A stretch of DNA of 64,000 nucleotides, taken from assembly GCA_965220215.1 (NCBI GenBank), contig OZ244809.1, positions 989,366 through 1,053,365 of the forward strand, in the 5' to 3' direction. Below, piece by piece: positions 56,020 to 64,000 of this stretch. Numbering within the stretch: position 1 is the stretch's first letter; the number at the start of each line of letters is the position of its first letter. A program made the translations under genes and the position numbers. This stretch comes from Dehalococcoidia bacterium (GTDB lineage Bacteria; Chloroflexota; Dehalococcoidia; SHYD01). Below the pieces are notes generated by a model that was not told where the DNA came from, made no database searches, and was given only the letters and a program-made list of their open reading frames with translations.

Positions 56020-59000
56020 ATGATCGCTGCACAGCTTCTTTTTTACTTTGCCTTGAGCCTGGGGCTACTGAGCTACCTGGGCTACGGCCCGGCGCGCCTC
56101 CTGCTCCCGGAGCAGTATCGCCGCTGGCGGCTGTTGCTCGTGCCTCTCCTGGGTTTGTGCGCCACCGTGGTGCTCTCCTCCTTCCTGAACTACCTACTGC
56201 CCATGACCCAGGTCACCTGGCTCATCCTAGCCGCCGCGACGGTGCTGAATGCGACGCTCGTCTGGCGCAGCCGCTCCTTAGGACTCGACAAGCCTACTAG
56301 AACGGACGGCGTCGTGCTGGCCTTAATGGCTGTTGCCTATCTGCTGGGCGTACTGCCCCTTATCCACGATGGCACCACCGCTTTCCTTGGCCTCCAGTGG
56401 GATCTTGAGCTCTACCTCCCCCTCACCGAGTACTTGAAACGTTATCCCATGGGCCTGCCATTTACTGCGTTCCCTAACCCTCTCCTGGACGCTATTAACT
56501 CCGCCCCGGTGCGCGGCGGCTCTGGCTGGGGCTTCTCCTACCTGGACGCGTTCCTGGGAACCGTCGTAGGCCACGCCTCCTTCGAGACCTTCCGGCCAAC
56601 GCTGCACCTGGTGTTCGCGTTGAGCGTACCCGCCGTCTACCTGTTCTGCCGCGGCGGCCTGGCAATGGGCGCGGGCGCGGCGCTGCTGGCGGCTGCCCTT
56701 ACCGCAACCAACGGCCTCAACCTCTGGATCGCTTCTATGGGGCTGGCAGGCCACGCCGTGACGTTCAGCGCGCTGCCCTTAGCCTTCACTGCAACCCTGT
56801 GGGCGCTGCGCGATGGCACCCGGCGATCAGTCATGCTGGCCGGACTCTGCGCCGCGACACTCCTACTCTCCTTCTACACCGGCGCGGTCGTCCTCTACGC
56901 CCTGGGTGTCGGAGGGGCCGGCCTAGCGTTGCTCGTCCGATCCACGCAACGGCGGGCTACCATCGTTACCGGGCTGGGCATCGCCGCCGCAACCTTGGCC
57001 TTCGGCGCGGCGGGACATCTGCGCTTTCTGGAGCTACTGCCCCTCTACTTCCAACAAGGCTTCAGCGGCGGCTGGCAGGTCAACCAATTCAGTCCTATCA
57101 GCCAGGGGCTGGGCCTTACCCCCTACGAACTGGTAGTGCAGCGCCTGGGCAGCAGCACCGCCTGGGACTGGCTCTCCCCAAACATCCTCAATTTAGCGGC
57201 GATCATGCTCACACTGGGAGCAGCGGCGTTCACTGCCGCGGCGCTTCGGCGGGGCAACTGGGATCGCACCGCCTTCATTGCGTTGCTGCTTGTCTTCGTC
57301 GCGTTCGGACTCTATCTCCGCTACGTAAGTGCGTACCCCTACGGCTACTTCAAGCTCATCTCCCTCAGCGCGTTCCTGCTGGCCGCCGGCCTAGCTCAAG
57401 GCATCGCGACGCTCTGGGCCTGGTCCTCGGCGCAGCACGTCCCGCGCCCTGGCCCGGGCGCGGCATTGGGCAGCGCAGTGGCAGACAAGGCTTCGTTGCT
57501 ACTACCGAGACTTGCCCAGAGCCGCCTTGCCACAGCAGCGCGCGGCGGCATGCTCCTTTACGGGCTGCTCTTTCTCGCCCTCCTTAGCCACAACTCCCTA
57601 CTGAGCGTGCGCTTCTTCTGGCAGCCCGACCCGGACGAGCTGCCTCGTGCCACCTGGGAGCTGCACGCGCTACAGAGCATCGTTCCTGCGGGAGCTCCCG
57701 TGCTCCTGAGCAGCCGCTCCAGCTTTGAGCCCCGCTTTGCAGGCATGGTGGCCTACTTCTTGATAGACAGCCCCATCACCGGCGATGCCAAGACCGCCTA
57801 CGGACAGGTGGAGAGCAACCGCCCTGATATGGACTACGAGTACATGGTGCTGCAAGCCAGTGAGCGAGCCGACGTCCGCGGCCTGTCGCCGGAGGATCTG
57901 GTGTGGCAGAACGACCTAGTGGCCCTCTATCAGCGGCCTGAACAATGGCTGGAGGACATCGACCTGGAGAGCGTGCGCAGCCCTTTCCTCTTGAGCAGCC
58001 GCCAGCCCGCTACCCTTTCGCTCTCGCCTGGTGGGTGGGACATTGCTTCCGGCGGGACACGCTTTGAGGACGCGCCGCTGGCAGCGGACGGCCCGCTTCA
58101 GGTTGAGTACACCTTCCTGAGCTTTGCGGACGTGACGGCGCAGGTCAAGGGTCCGCAGTCCACTATCGACGTGAAGCTGCCAGCGGGCCTCTCCACCTAC
58201 CGCACCCAGGCGCTACCCCTCCCAACACTCCTGGAGCTTTCTCTGGCCGATACCTCCACCCCAGCCTGGTTGCTCAACGTGCGGCTGCAAGCGCCCGAGA
58301 GCGCCACGGCCGCACTAACACACTTCCCGGACACCCTCGCGCTACGCCCAACCGTCCGTTCCGGCGACGGGCAAGCGCAGCTCTCCCTGGACTACTCCTT
58401 TGGCGACTCCCGCGGCGGTTCAGTCTCGCTGGCCGCAGAGCTGTATCAGCAGAGCGGTCAAGACCGAGCGCTGCGCCCCAGCGGCTTCTGGCGGTTGGAG
58501 GAGCTCAAGGCCGCGGGCTTTGGCAGCAGCAGCTTCCTGCTAAACACGGCCGACTGGCAGTGCGGCGTCACGCCCACCGACCTCTTCCCTGCCACACAAA
58601 CTGCCCTAGAGGACGGCGCGTATCAGGTCCACCTGGCTGCATATTATGTTAACGAAGAGGTGGGCCGCTGGCCCTGGCTCTCATTCACCGTCCAGCAGGG
58701 GAAGATCATAGACACTCGCTCCGTAGACCTCCCGCCCTACCAGTTGCTCTACCTCTCGCCGCCGCAAGACGTGCGGGGCATGGCGGAGGCGCTCCCGGCC
58801 GGCGCGCAGGTCTACCTTCCCCCGCTCATCCAGCCCAACACCTCCTTCCAGCGGGTCGCGGTGGCTAGCCTCCAGGACCGCCGCTTCTACACCGACGCTC
58901 CTACCTTCTTCCCCGGCGCGCTGCCGGCCTCTCCTAGCCAGGTATACGGCTACGGTTTGCTGCCAGCCGAGGCAGTCCCGGCAGACTGGGGCTTCCTGCC

Positions 59001-59559
59001 CAAGGCGCTGTGGTCGAACGACCAGACGGCGCTCTACCCGCGCGATCCCAACAGCACCCAGCCGAGCGCTCGGTTAGGCGCAAGCAACGCGACCAGCGAG
59101 CAGTTCTCTGAGAGCACGCTGGTGGTGGATGCCGAAGCTACCCTCAGTGCTACAGGCGCTCACGTCACGCTCGCGACCCGCGGCAGCGTGCCCCCGGGCG
59201 CAGTCCTGGGCGTCGATATCTACGGCGAGTCCGCCTGCAACGTGCAGCACTTCGGCTACTGGGCGACCCCATTGGATGCTCCATCCTCTGAGCTGCGCAT
59301 CGATCTCAACCTCCCGCAGCAACAGGGGAGCATCTCAAGCGCCAGTAGTGGTGCGCTACCTGCCCTCACCGAAGTCTGGCCGGTGCACCCCGGCTCCTTC
59401 CGCGCCTTCCTCTTCTACAAGGACGGCGACCGCTACGAGACCTCGCCCCTCTTTGAGTTCACTCTAACGCCCGAGGGGATCACCCGCACCCGCACCTACC
59501 CGCAGACCATGCGTATTCCTTTAGGGAGCAATAGTGGCCATACAAGCTACGCCCGGTAG
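56020..59559 (+). CDS. Large (1179 aa) polytopic membrane protein with a roughly 700-aa extracytoplasmic C-terminal domain; a putative GT-C-type glycosyltransferase or polymerase.
   Basis: About 13 N-terminal TM helices followed by a long soluble domain. The Emb/Aft-like architecture is only inferred; no family motif was confidently recognised. Confidence 0.5.
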   Translation: MIAAQLLFYFALSLGLLSYLGYGPARLLLPEQYRRWRLLLVPLLGLCATVVLSSFLNYLLPMTQVTWLILAAATVLNATLVWRSRSLGLDKPTRTDGVVLALMAVAYLLGVLPLIHDGTTAFLGLQWDLELYLPLTEYLKRYPMGLPFTAFPNPLLDAINSAPVRGGSGWGFSYLDAFLGTVVGHASFETFRPTLHLVFALSVPAVYLFCRGGLAMGAGAALLAAALTATNGLNLWIASMGLAGHAVTFSALPLAFTATLWALRDGTRRSVMLAGLCAATLLLSFYTGAVVLYALGVGGAGLALLVRSTQRRATIVTGLGIAAATLAFGAAGHLRFLELLPLYFQQGFSGGWQVNQFSPISQGLGLTPYELVVQRLGSSTAWDWLSPNILNLAAIMLTLGAAAFTAAALRRGNWDRTAFIALLLVFVAFGLYLRYVSAYPYGYFKLISLSAFLLAAGLAQGIATLWAWSSAQHVPRPGPGAALGSAVADKASLLLPRLAQSRLATAARGGMLLYGLLFLALLSHNSLLSVRFFWQPDPDELPRATWELHALQSIVPAGAPVLLSSRSSFEPRFAGMVAYFLIDSPITGDAKTAYGQVESNRPDMDYEYMVLQASERADVRGLSPEDLVWQNDLVALYQRPEQWLEDIDLESVRSPFLLSSRQPATLSLSPGGWDIASGGTRFEDAPLAADGPLQVEYTFLSFADVTAQVKGPQSTIDVKLPAGLSTYRTQALPLPTLLELSLADTSTPAWLLNVRLQAPESATAALTHFPDTLALRPTVRSGDGQAQLSLDYSFGDSRGGSVSLAAELYQQSGQDRALRPSGFWRLEELKAAGFGSSSFLLNTADWQCGVTPTDLFPATQTALEDGAYQVHLAAYYVNEEVGRWPWLSFTVQQGKIIDTRSVDLPPYQLLYLSPPQDVRGMAEALPAGAQVYLPPLIQPNTSFQRVAVASLQDRRFYTDAPTFFPGALPASPSQVYGYGLLPAEAVPADWGFLPKALWSNDQTALYPRDPNSTQPSARLGASNATSEQFSESTLVVDAEATLSATGAHVTLATRGSVPPGAVLGVDIYGESACNVQHFGYWATPLDAPSSELRIDLNLPQQQGSISSASSGALPALTEVWPVHPGSFRAFLFYKDGDRYETSPLFEFTLTPEGITRTRTYPQTMRIPLGSNSGHTSYAR

Positions 59560-61516
59560 CGGAGCCGCGCCAGTTAGTGTAGCGAGGGGAAGAAGCGTCT
59601 GGCGCGCACTCCTGCACCGAGACGCCATCCTTGTTGGGGCGCTCTTTCTGCTCACACTAGGCATCAGCATCCCCAACCTGGAGCACAACCCGCCGCTCTC
59701 CTACGATGAGGGCTACGTGTTGCAAACGCCTCACAACTTGCTGACGCGGGGCTTCTACGGAACCTGGGCTAAGAGCTGGAACCTCCCCTTTGATACCTAC
59801 ACCAGCACCGGCCCCACCGTCCTGCTGCCAGTCGCTGCCAGCTTTGCAGTCTTTGGGGAGGGCGTGGTGCAAGCCCGCATGGTCGTTGTTATCTATGGCG
59901 CTCTAGCGGCAGCGGCCGGGTACGCGCTCTTCCGGCTCACCCTAAGCCGCGGCCTCGCGCTCTTGGCAGCGCTGCTTCTGTCTCTCTCCCTCTACCCCTA
60001 CCAGCGCAGCGTCTTGGGAGAGGTCCCAGGCCTCTTCTGGCTGCTGCTAGGATGCTGGCTCTGGCTTCGGGCCATCGAGCGCGGCGGCCACACCCGGTTG
60101 CTCGCCCTCGCGGGTGCGGCCTGGGGCGCAGCGGCCCTCACTAAGCTGGCTCTCGGCCCCATTGTGCTGGGCGGGCTGGCGCTTTGCTGGCTGCGTTTCA
60201 GGTTCGGAGCAAAGGATGCTTATCTTGCGCCCCGCTCGCTCTACTTGCCTCTGGCGGCTGCACTGCTGCCCCTGCTGCTGTGGTACGGCCTGCAAGCCGT
60301 CATCCTGGGCGGCGACACAGTAGTAGACCGTCTGGCGACGGTATGGACGTACCAGCCTCAGGTGGCTGCTGCGACGCCCGGCGGCATCCTCCAGAATGCG
60401 CTGGCTCTGCCCACCATCTTGCCTCAAGGGCTGCTTGTGTGGATGGGGCCAGTCGTTCTTGTCATCTTCTCCTGGTTACTCATCTCACCCACGCCCGCTA
60501 GGACACTCCCTGCAGCTATGTGGCTTATGTTCCTGGGCTTCTATCTTGTTTCCGTTGGATGGCCCCGCTACGGCTTCTGGGCTGTGGCCCTTACCGCCGC
60601 TTTCACCGCGCAGCTCATTCCCTTGCTACGCGCCGCGCTCCCAACCCTCGGCCAACGACAACAGCAAGCCGTAACCGGTGTCATCATCGCGGCACTGGTA
60701 GCGCCCCTTGCCCTCTGGAACTGGAGCGCACTGGAGCGGGTCGATGCAAGCCCCCAAGAGGTCGTCTCGCTCTTACAGGGGCAGGTAGCTCCCCAGGAAA
60801 ACATAGGGAGTACCGAGTGGGAGCTAGTCTTTCTGCTGGGTCAGGAAGTAGAGGTCCCACTTCTCCGCATCGCCACAGCAGTCTCAGAAACGGGGACGGG
60901 CAACAACGACTCGGCCTGGCCCGAGACCGACTGGGTGGTCACCGGCCCCATAGGCGATTTCCTAGGCACAACGACCAAGCTCGTGGAGAACGATTCGTTC
61001 TTGGAGCGCAGCGTCGTAGGACCCTACCGCATCTTCCAGCGCACTGCGGGGCCGCCGCCCGGCTGGCGATGGAGCACGGCGGGTGCGACGGCGATCTCTC
61101 TCGCGCCTGGTGCTACCATCGGTCAGTCATTCACCGCCGACTACGACGTGCTCACAGAGGTGCGCTTGCTCATCGCGGGAGGTAACGGGCGTAGCAATGC
61201 TCCGGTGCGGCTGGCGCTGTATGCAGACCCCCGCGGCGGCGCGCCCTTAGCCACCGCAACGCTCTCCGGCGCCCAGCTCACGGAGAACAAATGGTACACT
61301 TTCCCAATAGGACGGCTTGCAGTGACAAAAGGCGACCGCTACCACATTGAGGTCACGGGGCTGGAGCAGCCTGGCAAGGTTGCACCCGGCCTTTGGTACA
61401 ACTCCTCCGCAGACCTCTATCCTTCCGGCAACTGGTACAGCAACGGAACCTCCCAGCAAGGCGACCTCTACTTCGGGCTGCTGGGGCACAACAACACGCA
61501 ACGTAGGGGCTCCTGA
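59534..61516 (+). CDS. GT-C-fold glycosyltransferase, family 39/83-like (ArnT/PMT-type; polyprenyl-phosphate-sugar dependent).
   Basis: The first extracytoplasmic loop carries the DE motif PPLSYDEGY after TM1. About 11 TM helices, then a roughly 250-aa C-terminal soluble domain. Confidence 0.65.
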   Translation: MAIQATPGSGAAPVSVARGRSVWRALLHRDAILVGALFLLTLGISIPNLEHNPPLSYDEGYVLQTPHNLLTRGFYGTWAKSWNLPFDTYTSTGPTVLLPVAASFAVFGEGVVQARMVVVIYGALAAAAGYALFRLTLSRGLALLAALLLSLSLYPYQRSVLGEVPGLFWLLLGCWLWLRAIERGGHTRLLALAGAAWGAAALTKLALGPIVLGGLALCWLRFRFGAKDAYLAPRSLYLPLAAALLPLLLWYGLQAVILGGDTVVDRLATVWTYQPQVAAATPGGILQNALALPTILPQGLLVWMGPVVLVIFSWLLISPTPARTLPAAMWLMFLGFYLVSVGWPRYGFWAVALTAAFTAQLIPLLRAALPTLGQRQQQAVTGVIIAALVAPLALWNWSALERVDASPQEVVSLLQGQVAPQENIGSTEWELVFLLGQEVEVPLLRIATAVSETGTGNNDSAWPETDWVVTGPIGDFLGTTTKLVENDSFLERSVVGPYRIFQRTAGPPPGWRWSTAGATAISLAPGATIGQSFTADYDVLTEVRLLIAGGNGRSNAPVRLALYADPRGGAPLATATLSGAQLTENKWYTFPIGRLAVTKGDRYHIEVTGLEQPGKVAPGLWYNSSADLYPSGNWYSNGTSQQGDLYFGLLGHNNTQRRGS

Positions 61517-61522
61517 TCTATC

Positions 61523-62767
61523 GTGACGGCTGAACCGGCGTCCAACACCCCAGAAGGACAGCCTGGTTCTGCCCGTACCGGCTCCCTGGCCGAGGTCGCG
61601 GCGCTTTTCTTTAAACTCGGCTGCATTGGCTTTGGAGGGCCGGCAGCACACATCGCGATGATGCGGGCTGAGGTGGTGGAACGCCGCAAGTGGCTCAGCG
61701 ACGAGGAGTTTCTCGACCTGCTAGGCGCCACCAACCTGATACCAGGCCCCAACTCCACGGAGCTGGCTATCCACCTGGGGTATCGCCGGGCCGGCTGGGC
61801 CGGACTGGTGGCCGCAGGCGTCTTGTTCATCAGTCCGGCTGTGGCGATTGTGCTGGCACTGGCATGGGCCTATATGGCTTATGGCAGCCTGCCCCAGGCC
61901 CAATGGCTGCTTTATGGCGTAAAGCCCGTGATCATCGCCATTGTCCTCCAAGCCTTGTGGGGACTGGGGCGCACTGCCTTCAAGCAACCTCTATCCATAG
62001 TCCTCACAATAGCCGTCATTGCGCTCTACCTCTGGGGCGTCAACGAGCTAGCTCTCCTCTTTGGCGGCGGCTTGGCCATGCTCGTGATCCAAGGCGGTCG
62101 CAAGCTAATCGCTAAGTTCAGCGCATCTGCCCTCGCACTCGTAGCGCCTGCTAGCTCCGCGCCCGCCGCTCTAAGCGCCGTGACCGCAATGGCTGCTCCC
62201 TTCAGCCTCACCACCCTCTTCCTCACATTCCTCAAGATCGGTTCCGTGCTCTACGGCAGCGGCTATGTCCTCCTGGCATTCTTGCGAGGCGACCTCGTGG
62301 AGCGCCTCGGCTGGTTGACCGACCAGCAGCTACTGGACGCCGTCTCAGTGGGCCAGTTCACGCCCGGCCCTGTTTTTACCACCGCAACCTTTGTGGGCTA
62401 CGTAGCCGGGTATGAACACAGCGGTCTGGTGATGGGCGGCATAACGGCAGCTTTGCTCGCCACACTTGGCATCTTTCTACCCTCTTTCGTCTTCGTTGCC
62501 ATCTCCGGCCCGCTCGTCCCCCATCTGCGGCGTTGGACTGTCACCGCCTTATTGCTCACCGGTGTGAATGCCGCCGCCCTCGGCCTCATGGCTGCGGTGA
62601 CCCTGGTCCTGGCCCGCGCCGCCTTGCTCGATCCCTTCACGGTTGTCCTTGCCATTGCAGCGCTTGTCGTCCTGTTGCGCTGGAACGTGAACTCCGGCTG
62701 GATTGTGCTGGCTGGAGGCCTGTTGGGCATTGCGTGGCGATTCGGTACACTAGCAGTGAGTATCTAG
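61523..62767 (+). CDS. chrA: Chromate-ion transporter (CHR family, long two-domain form).
   Basis: FFKLGCIGFGGPAAHIAMM...LIPGPNSTELA in the first half and the duplicated motif FLKIGSVLYGSGYVLLAFL...FTPGPVFTTATFVGY in the second half. Confidence 0.85.
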   Translation: MTAEPASNTPEGQPGSARTGSLAEVAALFFKLGCIGFGGPAAHIAMMRAEVVERRKWLSDEEFLDLLGATNLIPGPNSTELAIHLGYRRAGWAGLVAAGVLFISPAVAIVLALAWAYMAYGSLPQAQWLLYGVKPVIIAIVLQALWGLGRTAFKQPLSIVLTIAVIALYLWGVNELALLFGGGLAMLVIQGGRKLIAKFSASALALVAPASSAPAALSAVTAMAAPFSLTTLFLTFLKIGSVLYGSGYVLLAFLRGDLVERLGWLTDQQLLDAVSVGQFTPGPVFTTATFVGYVAGYEHSGLVMGGITAALLATLGIFLPSFVFVAISGPLVPHLRRWTVTALLLTGVNAAALGLMAAVTLVLARAALLDPFTVVLAIAALVVLLRWNVNSGWIVLAGGLLGIAWRFGTLAVSI

Positions 62768-62773
62768 ACCGCT

Positions 62774-64000
62774 ATGCTGCTTCTTGGAAACGCGCCATTG
62801 CCCCTACACCGAGCGCTGGTACGCGTAGGCTACCAGATTGCCTACGGCCGCTCGCCCCTCGCGCGACGCGCCGCGGAGCTGGAGCGCAGCCAGTGGTGGT
62901 CGCCGGAGCAGCACCGCGAAGCCCAGTGGCAGCGCCTGACGAGACTCATTGAGCACGCCTACCGCACCGTCCCCTTCTATCGCGAGGCCATGCAGGGGTT
63001 AGGTATGGAGCCCGGCGATATCCGCTCGCCGGAGGATTACGCCCGGCTGCCGGTGCTCTCCAAAGCTACTATCAACCAGGAACAAGAGCGCTTGATCTCC
63101 TCAGACTTCCCTAAAGAGCATCTTATCCGCACGGCCAGCGGCGGCTCAACAGGCCGGCCCGTCAGCCTCTACCATGACGCCGCCTTCGTTACCGAGTACC
63201 GCGCGGTAAAGCTCCGCAACTTTCGCTGGGCCGGCTGGCAGCCTGGCGATGGTTGGGCGCGGCTGTGGGGCTCTCAGTTCGATGTCGCACCGCACCAGGC
63301 GTTGAAGCAACGGCTGCTGGACCGCCTCTCCCGGGTGCTTATCCTCCCCTGCTGGGACCTCAGCGGGACAACTATGGCCCACTACGCGAAGGACCTCCAG
63401 CAATTTCAACCTGACCTCATTGAGGCGTACACTACTCCTATGTATCACTTTGCCGGCTACCTTAAGGCAGAGGGCATCGGCGGCATCCGCCCCAAAGGGG
63501 TCATCGTCTCCGCGGAGATGCTCTACCCCTACCAGCGGGCGCTCATTGAGCAGGTCTTCCAGTGCAAGGTGTACAACCGCTACGGCGGCCGCGAGATTGG
63601 GGACGCCGCCCACGAATGCCCGGCCGGCACCATGCACCTGAACGCGGAGCACGCCTACGTAGAGTTCGTGCGGGAGGGTAAGCCGGCGGCTCCCGGTGAA
63701 GCGGGCGAGATCCTGCTAACTCCTCTGGGCCTCTACGGAATGCCATTGCTACGGTACCGCGTGGAGGACGTGGGCAGCTCCAGCGACGCCGTTTGCGCCT
63801 GCGGGCGCGGCCTTCCGGCCATGGCAGTAGTGGAGGGCCGGGTTCAGGACATCATCAGCCTGCCCCAGGGCGGCTTCCTGCCCGGTGAGTTCTTTCCCCA
63901 TCTTCTTAAAGACTTTGATATATCCCAGTTCCAGGTAGAGCAAGAGCGTTTGGATAAGCTGACCCTACGCCTGGTGCGCGGCCCTGGCTTCAGCGAGGAA
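62774..64000 (+). CDS. Phenylacetate-CoA ligase-family / coenzyme F390 synthetase-like (CapK-like) adenylate-forming enzyme. 3' partial; it runs off the window end.
   Basis: Absent from the ORF track because there is no stop in the window. Manual translation from ATG 62774 is open to position 64000. The LPVLSKATINQEQERL and TASGGSTGRPVSLYHD (AMP-binding SGTTG-like) motifs are present. Confidence 0.65.
   Translation, partial: MLLLGNAPLPLHRALVRVGYQIAYGRSPLARRAAELERSQWWSPEQHREAQWQRLTRLIEHAYRTVPFYREAMQGLGMEPGDIRSPEDYARLPVLSKATINQEQERLISSDFPKEHLIRTASGGSTGRPVSLYHDAAFVTEYRAVKLRNFRWAGWQPGDGWARLWGSQFDVAPHQALKQRLLDRLSRVLILPCWDLSGTTMAHYAKDLQQFQPDLIEAYTTPMYHFAGYLKAEGIGGIRPKGVIVSAEMLYPYQRALIEQVFQCKVYNRYGGREIGDAAHECPAGTMHLNAEHAYVEFVREGKPAAPGEAGEILLTPLGLYGMPLLRYRVEDVGSSSDAVCACGRGLPAMAVVEGRVQDIISLPQGGFLPGEFFPHLLKDFDISQFQVEQERLDKLTLRLVRGPGFSEE

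Noticed and set aside
56799-57587. A 262-aa Arg/Pro-rich ORF in an alternative frame inside the large membrane-protein gene.
   Set aside because: It is a frame-shifted read of a GC-rich coding region. The annotated frame gives a coherent 1179-aa polytopic protein.
56020-59559. Calling the 1179-aa membrane protein an Emb/Aft-type arabinosyltransferase.
   Set aside because: Only the gross architecture (a roughly 13-TM N-terminus plus a large C-terminal extracytoplasmic domain) is similar. I could not recognise the GT-C DDx motif or Emb proline motif by eye, so it is left as a putative GT-C-like protein.
63146-63652. A 168-aa minus-strand ORF.
   Set aside because: It lies inside and antisense to the CapK-like ligase gene, which has recognisable adenylation motifs.

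Overview
This is a high-GC (about 62-65%) bacterial chromosomal segment, densely packed with genes on both strands. No phage, transposase, integrase or CRISPR features were found. Annotation rests on motifs visible in the translated ORFs, so family names are recognitions by eye rather than search results. From 5' to 3' the window contains: (1) A minus-strand iron-uptake-type locus: a partial UPF0104/flippase-like membrane protein, an FbpC-like ABC ATPase, a fused two-domain FbpB-like permease, an FbpA-like binding protein, a cupredoxin-like lipoprotein and a 392-aa lipoprotein. An AT-rich control region upstream carries iron-box-like inverted repeats. (2) A menaquinone/ubiquinone-type UbiD decarboxylase, an unknown 218-aa ORF and a UbiA prenyltransferase in one operon. 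(3) A housekeeping block: Lon N-domain protein, folB, HD hydrolase, c-type cytochrome with a near-consensus promoter and strong terminator, class II aldolase, methyltransferase, plsX, DUF2203-like ORF, IscA/HesB, tRNA-Arg(CCG), cyclophilin, acpS, nnr, MobA-like, MBL hydrolase, cobO, asd, M23 peptidase, GNAT, NUDIX, ald, VOC, ilvE, MFS and an FKBP lipoprotein. (4) A conspicuously low-GC single-gene island encoding an acyl-ACP desaturase. (5) Two adjacent MoxR AAA+ systems in convergent orientation: a Bat-like MoxR-DUF58-membrane-VWA-VWA/TPR operon on the plus strand, and a MoxR-DUF58-TgpA transglutaminase operon on the minus strand. (6) A large cell-envelope glycan locus on the plus strand: DPPR-synthase-like UbiA enzyme, nadK, two methyltransferases, three GT4 glycosyltransferases, a GtrB/ArnC-like membrane-anchored GT2, a VOC protein, asnB, a UPF0104 flippase-like protein, two large GT-C-type polytopic membrane proteins, chrA and a partial CapK/F390-synthetase-like ligase. 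The flippase-like gene begins with an 8-copy 33-bp tandem repeat that encodes an 11-residue amphipathic repeat. The most interesting candidates are this GT2 plus flippase-like plus GT-C module, with its 11-mer repeat and a DPPR-synthase-like gene outside a recognisable actinobacterial context, and the split EfeO-like lipoprotein pair fused to an Fbp-type transporter.
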